This document shows positions 38,970 through 46,074 of a stretch of 64,000 bases of DNA, one piece after another; positions within the stretch are counted from its first letter, which is position 1; every line of letters begins with the position of its first letter. Location of the stretch: the NCBI GenBank assembly GCA_947589515.1, contig CANQBE010000001.1, positions 3,800 to 67,799 of the forward strand, written 5' to 3'. Origin of the DNA: an uncultured Bacilli bacterium. Lineage in GTDB: Bacteria > Bacillota_I > Bacilli_A > RF39 > UBA660. The notes under the pieces are model-generated. The model saw nothing but the letters and a program-made list of their open reading frames with translations. It was not told where the DNA came from and searched no databases. The translations under genes and the position numbers were made by a program.

Positions 38970-39016
38970 TATTTTTCAAATTTTTTATGACATTTCTTAC
39001 GATATGATATAATTAC
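38970..39016 (+). promoter_or_regulatory. Island promoter copy 2: a single gacatttcttac unit plus extended -10
   Basis: About 45 of 48 aligned nt are identical to copy 1. The tataat box is at 39008-39013 with TG at 39005-39006. Confidence 0.6.
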
Positions 39017-39056
39017 ATATTGAAAGTTTAGAATGAATTTATGAAAGGAACAACAT

Positions 39057-39803
39057 ATGAATGGCAAAGATAACGAATACGAGTTTGTAAAAAATTTAAA
39101 TAATAAAAAAATTCAAAACTTAAATCCATTATTAAATTCTTTATTAAAATATTTATTTCCAAATGAATCTGAAGATGCAATCATTAAATGTTGGTTAAAC
39201 CATTATCCGCAAAAAACAGATATTTTAATTAAGGTTAATTCTCATATTAAGGGAATAAGCCTTAAAATTGGTAATAAAAATAGTGTTCATGTAGAACCGG
39301 TTACAGAATTTGTTCATTTTTTAACGGAAAATAATGTATCTAACGAAAGCATAATTGAATATTTAAAATATCATTATGCTGATGGAACTACTAATGGAAG
39401 TGGAATACAAAGGATAGGTGTTTTGGATTACAAAAAATGTCATCAACAGGAAATAGATAAAATAAATCAAGAATTAAATAATGTGGAATTATTAAAAAAA
39501 GCTATAAATCGTTTTGTAATACAAGGCAATAATTCTGATTTCAAAATAGATGCTATCGTTTATGGAAGTGTAAATGATTTTTTATGGTTAAGTAAAGAGG
39601 AAATTTTAGAAGTTTTATTAAGAAAACGAAATCATTATTCAACAGGAATTCATTTTAGTAATTTATTTGTTCAACCTCAAAATAGATGTTTAAACTATAA
39701 TAAAAAATATGAAAATACTCGTAATAATGTGCAAATAAAATGGTATGGATTATTTGATGATATTATGGAAAATTTATATTATAAAAATAATAGAAAGGTT
39801 TAA
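39057..39803 (+). CDS. Hypothetical protein; candidate PD-(D/E)xK restriction-endonuclease-like nuclease
   Basis: 248 aa. E7/E9 ... KTD55ILIKV ... GIS68-L-K70 fits a D-x(12)-SxK core, reminiscent of MspI-type KTD...NIK. No other recognisable domain. Confidence 0.45.
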   Translation: MNGKDNEYEFVKNLNNKKIQNLNPLLNSLLKYLFPNESEDAIIKCWLNHYPQKTDILIKVNSHIKGISLKIGNKNSVHVEPVTEFVHFLTENNVSNESIIEYLKYHYADGTTNGSGIQRIGVLDYKKCHQQEIDKINQELNNVELLKKAINRFVIQGNNSDFKIDAIVYGSVNDFLWLSKEEILEVLLRKRNHYSTGIHFSNLFVQPQNRCLNYNKKYENTRNNVQIKWYGLFDDIMENLYYKNNRKV

Positions 39804-39823
39804 CTTCCAAGTTGACCACGTGG
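39804..39823 (+). repeat. Inverted partial copy of tRNA-Gly (anticodon loop to T-stem)
   Basis: cttccaagttgaccacgtgg matches the reverse complement of 39895-39914 at 19 of 20 positions. It begins 1 nt after the stop codon of the nuclease-like gene. Confidence 0.85.
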
Positions 39824-39870
39824 ATTCCATAAAAAAATCAGCCTTTATAAGACTGATATTATTTCAAATT

Positions 39871-39944
39871 TGGAGCGGATGATGGGAATCGGACCCACGT
39901 GGTCAGCTTGGAAGGCTGAAGTTCTACCATTAAACTACATCCGC
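39871..39944 (-). tRNA. tRNA-Gly (anticodon UCC), CCA encoded, non-canonical T-loop
   Basis: Cloverleaf folded by hand. Acceptor stem gcggatg/catccgc, anticodon loop ctTCCaa, T-arm gtggg-tccgatt-cccat, which puts C rather than U at position 55. Confidence 0.85.
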
Positions 39945-39991
39945 AATTGGTATTATCTTTTGTACATACATTTATCCAAAAGACAATATTA

Positions 39992-40019
39992 ATTATACCA
40001 AACCATAATTAAATGTCAA
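39992..40019 (-). promoter_or_regulatory. Near-consensus sigma-A promoter upstream of tRNA-Gly
   Basis: On the minus strand: ttgaca, 16-nt spacer, tataat, with a TGn extension. Confidence 0.55.
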
Positions 40020-40036
40020 CATTTTTTAGAAAAAAA

Positions 40037-41512
40037 TTAATTTTCTTCAAAAGTAACATGAATGGAATAATTGGCAGGACCTTCTATCACGTTTCCATCT
40101 ATATCAAATCTAGAACCATGACATGGGCAATCCCATGTTTTTTCTTCATCGTTAAAAACTAAATTACATTTCATATGAGGACATTTATGATCCACAATAT
40201 GTTTCTTTCCGTAATAATCATAATACACTCCATAATACTTTCCATTTATCTTTATAATATATACATGATCATTATAAAATACGGGATTTTTTTTCACAGT
40301 AGTTTGAAAATATACTTTAGAATAATGCATTGCTCCAATTAGGGAATTTACAATGTTCGTTTTATTCATTCTCATAGGATTAAATAATTTTAAATACCTA
40401 TTTTCTTTTTCTAAAATCATATCACTGAGTACTTTACCAGCAATTGTTCCATTTGTCATTCCCCAAGCATTAAAAGCAGTTGCTACTAGTAAATTAGGGT
40501 GCTTTTTATCAATCATTCCAATTAGTGGTAAATCATCATTTGACATAATATCTTGATTCATCCAAGTATATTCCGGCTCTTTCGAAAATAATCTTTTAAA
40601 ATCGCTTTGACTCTGTTGATAATTATCTTGATATTCAATTTTATTTGTTAGTCGATGTTGATTCGAACCATAAATAATATAATCTTTGTAAAAGCGGATT
40701 GAATGTAGAGTAGAGTCAATACTGATAGCAGTAAAATTTTTTCCTTCATGATTATATTGACTGGCATTGACATATTCTCTTTTGATATAAGTTTTGATAG
40801 GAATCCATCCAGGAATAATAAAAAAAGGGTAGTGACAAGCTACTACTACATATTTGGCATCGATTATTCCACGATTTGTTTTTACTGAAAAATAATCATT
40901 TTTTGGTATGATTTCTAGTGCCATAACATTTTCAAAAATATCTATCTTCTTTTCCAATACTTTTTTTAAACCATTTATATATTTAAGTGGATGAAAAGTA
41001 TAGGTATCTTTTGTTACAATACCATATTCAATAGGGAAATGAATGGGAAGATTTTCTACTGTTCCAACCTTCATATCCCAACCTTCTAATATTTCTTTTT
41101 CTTTATCTATTTTTGAAATTCCTTTTTTTTCCTTGGTAAAGATAAAAGAATCACATTTTTCTAAGTCACAGTCAATTTTTTCTTTAGCAACAATTTTATT
41201 TACTAAATCAATTGCTTCTACTTGAGAATCAAAATATAGTTTGCTCGTTTTTTTATCGAAATTTTTTTCTAATTTTTGATAAATATCTCCTTGTAAATAA
41301 TTTAATTTAGCAGTTGTTTTTACAGTAACACCCATTCCGATTCTACTCTTATCAATCACTGTAATTGGTTTCTTTGAATTCATTAAAAAATAGGCAGTAG
41401 TCATTCCTGTAATACCACCACCTATAATTAATACTTCTGTTGTTTTTTCTAATTTTTTTTCTGTTATCTTATCTTGTTTTGCTGAAAGTTCCCAAATAGA
41501 ATGATTTTCCAT
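40037..41512 (-). CDS. FAD-dependent oxidoreductase fused to a C-terminal Rieske [2Fe-2S] domain (YhfW-like)
   Basis: N-terminal dinucleotide-binding motif VLIIGGGITGMT. C-terminal Rieske ligands CPHMKC...CPCHGS. Confidence 0.8.
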   Translation of the reverse strand: MENHSIWELSAKQDKITEKKLEKTTEVLIIGGGITGMTTAYFLMNSKKPITVIDKSRIGMGVTVKTTAKLNYLQGDIYQKLEKNFDKKTSKLYFDSQVEAIDLVNKIVAKEKIDCDLEKCDSFIFTKEKKGISKIDKEKEILEGWDMKVGTVENLPIHFPIEYGIVTKDTYTFHPLKYINGLKKVLEKKIDIFENVMALEIIPKNDYFSVKTNRGIIDAKYVVVACHYPFFIIPGWIPIKTYIKREYVNASQYNHEGKNFTAISIDSTLHSIRFYKDYIIYGSNQHRLTNKIEYQDNYQQSQSDFKRLFSKEPEYTWMNQDIMSNDDLPLIGMIDKKHPNLLVATAFNAWGMTNGTIAGKVLSDMILEKENRYLKLFNPMRMNKTNIVNSLIGAMHYSKVYFQTTVKKNPVFYNDHVYIIKINGKYYGVYYDYYGKKHIVDHKCPHMKCNLVFNDEEKTWDCPCHGSRFDIDGNVIEGPANYSIHVTFEEN

Positions 41513-41556
41513 ATTCTTCACCTAACCATAGTATGAGAAAATCTTAAAAAAATATT

Positions 41557-42441
41557 CTATTTTGATATCGATTTTGGATTCATATGTACCATGCAATGTT
41601 TTGTTTCTTGATAAGTATTTTCTATTTTATCATGTATCGTTTGCGCAATTTCATGTGCTTCTTTTAAACTTAGTGTCTCATCAGCACTCACTTCAATATC
41701 AATATAACATTTATTTCCAAAGAGTCTTGTTTTAATAGAATCAATATCTTCTACACCATCAATTTTTAAAACTAATTGCTTGATTTCTTCAATAAATTCT
41801 GTACTACAAGATTTATCTACCATTTTATCAACAGCATCCATAAAAATATCCAATGATGCTTTTATAATGCATACACAAATCATAATACTAGCAATGGGAT
41901 CTAATAATTTCCATCCTAACATGGCACCACTAATACCAATCAAACTACCAATAGAAGAGAGACTGTCACTGCGATGATGCCATGCATCTGCCATTAGAGC
42001 ATCAGATTTGATTTTCTTAGCAACACTTCTTGTATACCAATACATGATTTCTTTAGTAAGAATAGAAATAATCGATGCTATTAAAGCAATCATAGTTGGT
42101 GCTTGGATAGAATGATAATCATTTTCTATGATAATTCTAATTCCCATCCAGCCAATTCCTATTCCTGTTATAAATAAAAAGACGGATAAGAGAAAGGCGG
42201 CAATACATTCCATTCTTTCATGTCCATAAGGATGATCTGTATCTTCTTTTTTATTTGCTAGTTTTAATCCAATCATTACAACAATCGTACTAAATACGTC
42301 AGATAAAGAATGAATACTATCCGATATCATCGCATTACTTTTTCCTATCCATCCACAAATAAATTTAAATATTGATAAAAAAATATTTCCTATCATTGTA
42401 GTGATAGATACTTTTATACCTTCTTTTAAAGTATCTTCCAT
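41557..42441 (-). CDS. Cation diffusion facilitator (CDF) family metal efflux transporter
   Basis: Six TM helices, the HSLSDV and HHRSDS motifs, and a C-terminal cytoplasmic domain. Confidence 0.9.
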   Translation of the reverse strand: MEDTLKEGIKVSITTMIGNIFLSIFKFICGWIGKSNAMISDSIHSLSDVFSTIVVMIGLKLANKKEDTDHPYGHERMECIAAFLLSVFLFITGIGIGWMGIRIIIENDYHSIQAPTMIALIASIISILTKEIMYWYTRSVAKKIKSDALMADAWHHRSDSLSSIGSLIGISGAMLGWKLLDPIASIMICVCIIKASLDIFMDAVDKMVDKSCSTEFIEEIKQLVLKIDGVEDIDSIKTRLFGNKCYIDIEVSADETLSLKEAHEIAQTIHDKIENTYQETKHCMVHMNPKSISK

Positions 42442-42530
42442 ACTTGTTCCTCCAATTAGTTGTATTCATTACATTATATGTTGAATTTAAATGTAAGTCA
42501 ATCTAATTTTAAATTTTTGATTTTGAAGTT

Positions 42531-42559
42531 GATAGTCTTTCGTTTTTAGTTTATAATGA
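42531..42559 (+). promoter_or_regulatory. Sigma-A promoter of pilin-like gene 1
   Basis: ttgata, 17-nt spacer, tataat. Confidence 0.6.
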
Positions 42560-42582
42560 TAATAATAGGAGGTCTTTCATAG

Positions 42583-43083
42583 ATGAATAAAAAAGGATTT
42601 ACGCTGGTAGAATTGTTAGGGGTTATTATTATTTTATCTATTATCATGTTAATTGCGATTCCTAATATTACTTCTATATTAAACAAAAGTAAAAATGATA
42701 CCTATTTAACAGATGCTAGAAAATTAATTACTCAAGCAGAATATTTGATTCGTAGTAGTAAAGTAGATAAACCGGCATCTAACCAACTGCTAAAAATTAC
42801 TTTATCGTATTTAGGTACTAAAGATGTTTCAAAAGATTCTGATGGAAATAGTTATAGTTTAACAGATTCCTATGTTGTTGTTGTTCGTAAAGATGGGTAT
42901 TTAGAGTACTATGTACAATTAGTTGCTACTACAGATAGTGGAAATAAAGGGATTCGTTTAGTTCACGAAGATGAACTACAATCTGATGATAGGATGAATT
43001 TAATCCAAAAAAATATTGTTTCTCCAAGTAATTCACAGATTTATACCATTACAGGAGTAACTGGTACCATTCAACCTTATTAA
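42583..43083 (+). CDS. Type IV pilin-like protein 1 (prepilin-type N-terminal cleavage/methylation domain)
   Basis: MNKKG|FTLVELLGVIIIL has the class III signal, with G at -1, F at +1 and E at +5. RBS aggagg. Confidence 0.85.
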   Translation: MNKKGFTLVELLGVIIILSIIMLIAIPNITSILNKSKNDTYLTDARKLITQAEYLIRSSKVDKPASNQLLKITLSYLGTKDVSKDSDGNSYSLTDSYVVVVRKDGYLEYYVQLVATTDSGNKGIRLVHEDELQSDDRMNLIQKNIVSPSNSQIYTITGVTGTIQPY

Positions 43084-43128
43084 ATAAACTGTAACTTTAC
43101 ATAGATAAAAGTTTTCTAAAAAAAATGA

Positions 43129-43157
43129 TTGCATGAAAATATAGTTAATGATATACT
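43129..43157 (+). promoter_or_regulatory. Sigma-A promoter of pilin-like gene 2
   Basis: ttgcat, 17-nt spacer, tatact, with a TGn extension. Confidence 0.55.
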
Positions 43158-43190
43158 AAGTATGATAAAAATAATAGAGGAGGAATCAAA

Positions 43191-43799
43191 ATGAAATTAA
43201 ATAAAAATAAGAAAGGTTTTACATTAATTGAGTTGCTTGCTGTTATCGTAATTTTAGGTATCTTGTTAGCGTTAGCAGTGCCTGCTGTTACCAAATATAT
43301 TAACTCATCAAAAAAGAGTGCTTTTATTGCCAATGTAAAAAAATATATGGAATCTGTTAATTCAGGATCTATTTCTAGTGAATATGCAAATCCTATTGGA
43401 AATAATGAAGCTACTGCCATTACATTTGATGTTATCTATCCAAAACTAGAAAGAGGTGGAGCAACTTCTCCATATGATGCAGATTGGCTTTTAAAGAAGT
43501 CTTATGTGTTAATTGTAAATGAAGGAACTGCTGAAGAACCACATTATTTACTTTATGTAGCTGCAATGGATGCTAAAGGATATGCAATTGGAAATTATGA
43601 AGCCGCAAGTAAAAAGACAACTGCATCTATCATTGAATACAATAAGTTAAAATCTAGTGACGTTGTACAAATTCCTACAGGAGAAGCTGCTGCTGCTACC
43701 ATGCCAACTGCTGGTGGAACATTACAACTTACAGATGGTACCTCAGTTACTATTACGACTTTAATTGATGATAGCGGTGTACATACAGGTAGTAAATAA
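43191..43799 (+). CDS. Type IV pilin-like protein 2
   Basis: MKLNKNKKG|FTLIELLAVIVIL. Shares the core ..SPY....W...KSYVLIVN.GT....Y..YVAA.D.KGYAI. Confidence 0.85.
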   Translation: MKLNKNKKGFTLIELLAVIVILGILLALAVPAVTKYINSSKKSAFIANVKKYMESVNSGSISSEYANPIGNNEATAITFDVIYPKLERGGATSPYDADWLLKKSYVLIVNEGTAEEPHYLLYVAAMDAKGYAIGNYEAASKKTTASIIEYNKLKSSDVVQIPTGEAAAATMPTAGGTLQLTDGTSVTITTLIDDSGVHTGSK

Positions 43800-43807
43800 A
43801 TAAAATT

Positions 43808-43833
43808 AAGTTGTCATTAGACAACTTTTCTTC
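43808..43833 (+). terminator. Hairpin terminator after pilin-like gene 2
   Basis: Stem aagttgtc/gacaactt followed by a T-rich tail. Confidence 0.6.
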
Positions 43834-43858
43834 TATCTAATTAGTATGAGGTGAAAAA

Positions 43859-44437
43859 GTGAAAAATAGAAAAGGATTTACTTTAATTGAATTATTAGCA
43901 GTTATCGTAATTTTAGCTATTTTACTGGCAATTGCAGTACCAAAAGTTACTCAATATATTACTAATTCCAGAAAAGATAGTTTAATTGCTACAGCTAAAG
44001 AATATGTTGATGCTGTTCGCAAAGATATTACGAGTGAAATTTATGATGCACCTATTGGTACAGAAGATATTACGATTATATCTATTGATTTAATTCAATT
44101 AGAAAAAGGAAAGAAAAAATCTCCATTCAATGGTGCATGGTTACCACAGAGTAGTTATGTAGCTGTTATTAATACAGGTACAGATGAAGTACCTAATATA
44201 CAATATTATGTTGCTATTAAAGATTCTAAAAGATATACAATTCGTTTAATGCAAGATGAAGATATCACTCGAAATTCTATTATTAGAAACAACGTACAAG
44301 GTACAAAAGCAGAGGTTACTCCTGTCTGTGGAGCTGAAGATGGTGAGTATATGGTCATTGATAAAATAGCAGGATTAGAGAAATATCAACCAGCAAGTGG
44401 TTGGAATGCAACTGTTTATAGTTCACAAGGTTGTTAA
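43859..44437 (+). CDS. Type IV pilin-like protein 3 (C-terminal Cys pair)
   Basis: GTG start after the RBS gaggtg. MKNRKG|FTLIELLAVIVIL. A Cys at ..TPVCGAE.. and a terminal ..SSQGC suggest a D-region-type disulfide. Confidence 0.85.
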   Translation: MKNRKGFTLIELLAVIVILAILLAIAVPKVTQYITNSRKDSLIATAKEYVDAVRKDITSEIYDAPIGTEDITIISIDLIQLEKGKKKSPFNGAWLPQSSYVAVINTGTDEVPNIQYYVAIKDSKRYTIRLMQDEDITRNSIIRNNVQGTKAEVTPVCGAEDGEYMVIDKIAGLEKYQPASGWNATVYSSQGC

Positions 44438-44459
44438 AGATTCTACGGAATCTTTTTTC
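44437..44459 (+). terminator. Rho-independent terminator after pilin-like gene 3
   Basis: Stem aaagattc/gaatcttt with loop tacg, followed by a T-run. Confidence 0.75.
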
Positions 44460-44471
44460 TTTTAGTTTTTC

Positions 44472-44500
44472 TTGATAACTCCTTTGGTATATGGTATATT
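44472..44500 (+). promoter_or_regulatory. Sigma-A promoter of pilin-like gene 4
   Basis: ttgata, 17-nt spacer, tatatt. Confidence 0.5.
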
Positions 44501-44521
44501 TATAATAGGATGTGATATAAA

Positions 44522-45133
44522 ATGAAGAATGATAAAAAGGGATTTACTTTAATAGAATTATTAGCTGTTATCGTTATTTTAGGTGTACTATTATCCATTG
44601 CGATACCGAAAGTATCTCAATATATTACCAATACTAAAAAGGATAGTTATATCTCAGAAGGTAAGATTTTTGTAGAGAGTGTTAAAAAAGATGCTACTAG
44701 TGAAATTTATGAATTGCCTATTTTGAATAATGATGTTACGATAGTAACATTTGATGTTGCGAGTTTGGATAAATCTAATGAAAAATCTCCATTTGGTGGT
44801 AAATATATTTTAAATAAAAGTTATGTTGTTATTATCAATGTCGGAACTGGTACGGATCCAGAATATCAATATTATCTTGCTGCTCAGGATAGTAAAAATT
44901 ATGCTATTCCTTTAACTAAAGAAAAAGAATTGGTTGCTAGTAAAATTGTTGCAAATGCTAAAAATAAAATGGAAGTTACTATTCAATCTCTTTGCGGTAC
45001 CGAAGAGGGATATCATAAAGAATATACTGAAATTTCAGGATTAAGTGATGTACAACCTGTAGATGAAGATGGTAATAAGTTAAATTGGAATGCAATTATC
45101 TATAGTAGCGAGGCATGCAATGGTGAACAATAA
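44522..45133 (+). CDS. Type IV pilin-like protein 4 (C-terminal Cys pair)
   Basis: MKNDKKG|FTLIELLAVIVIL. Closest paralogue of gene 3. Cys pair at ..QSLCGTE.. and ..SSEAC... Confidence 0.85.
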   Translation: MKNDKKGFTLIELLAVIVILGVLLSIAIPKVSQYITNTKKDSYISEGKIFVESVKKDATSEIYELPILNNDVTIVTFDVASLDKSNEKSPFGGKYILNKSYVVIINVGTGTDPEYQYYLAAQDSKNYAIPLTKEKELVASKIVANAKNKMEVTIQSLCGTEEGYHKEYTEISGLSDVQPVDEDGNKLNWNAIIYSSEACNGEQ

Positions 45134-46016
45134 ATTATGGATTGGTTCTCATGTTAGTTTTAATAAAAGCGAACAGTTAGTTGCCTCTGTGAATGAGGCA
45201 ATTTCTTATGGAGCAAATACTTTTATGTTTTATACAGGTGCACCTCAAAATACAGTTAGAGCAGAAATTGATGATTTTAAAACCATTGATGCTATGAAAT
45301 TAATGAAAGAAAATGGTATTGATATCTCTAAAGTTATTGTCCATGCTCCTTATATTATTAATCTTGCTAATCGTAAAAATTTAGATTTTGGAATCTCTTT
45401 TTTAAAACAGGAACTGGAAAGATGTGATCAATTAGGAATTAGATTTTTAGTATTACATCCCGGTAGTCATGTAGGATTAGGAATAGAAGAAGGGCTATCT
45501 AGTATTATCGATGGACTTAATGAAGTATTGAAAAGTTACCATGGTAATACCAAAATTTTATTAGAGACCATGGCAGGAAAAGGTTCTGAAATGGGAAGTA
45601 ACTTTTTAGAATTAAAACAGATTATCAATGGTGTTACTTATTCTAATCGTTTAGGAGTCTGTTTAGATACTTGTCATTTAAATGATGCTGGCTATGATTT
45701 ATCTGATTTTGATCAAGTGTTAGAAGAATTTAATCAAATGATTGGATGTGATAAAATCGGATGTATTCATATCAATGATAGTAAAAATGAGAGAGGTTCT
45801 CATAAAGATCGACATGAAAATATTGGTTTTGGTACGATTGGTTTTGAAAATTTAATGAAAATTATCTATCATCCTACATTAGAAAATATTCCTAAGATTT
45901 TGGAGACACCTTATATCAATGGTAATTATCCTCCTTATAAACAAGAAATTGAAATGATTCGTAATCAAAAATTTGACAAGAATCTCCTTGAAAAAATTAT
46001 TTCATTTTACAGTTAA
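45120..46016 (+). CDS. nfo: Endonuclease IV (AP endonuclease Nfo)
   Basis: Motifs HAPYIINL, VLHPGSH, ETMAGKG, CLDTCH and HINDS. The ATG at 45120 overlaps the end of pilin-like gene 4 by 14 nt. Confidence 0.9.
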   Translation: MVNNKLWIGSHVSFNKSEQLVASVNEAISYGANTFMFYTGAPQNTVRAEIDDFKTIDAMKLMKENGIDISKVIVHAPYIINLANRKNLDFGISFLKQELERCDQLGIRFLVLHPGSHVGLGIEEGLSSIIDGLNEVLKSYHGNTKILLETMAGKGSEMGSNFLELKQIINGVTYSNRLGVCLDTCHLNDAGYDLSDFDQVLEEFNQMIGCDKIGCIHINDSKNERGSHKDRHENIGFGTIGFENLMKIIYHPTLENIPKILETPYINGNYPPYKQEIEMIRNQKFDKNLLEKIISFYS

Positions 46017-46040
46017 AACTACCAAATGGTAGTTTTTTTT
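46017..46040 (+). terminator. Rho-independent terminator after nfo
   Basis: Stem aactacc/ggtagtt followed by a T-run. Confidence 0.75.
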
Positions 46041-46074
46041 GTTTGAATTTGGTATACTGAAGGTGGTGTTTTAT

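Noticed and set aside
45090-45119. The upstream extension of the nfo ORF into the last pilin-like gene, which is the track start at 45090.
   Set aside because: The ATG at 45120 gives the conserved Nfo N-terminus. The extension has no RBS and lies within pilin coding sequence.
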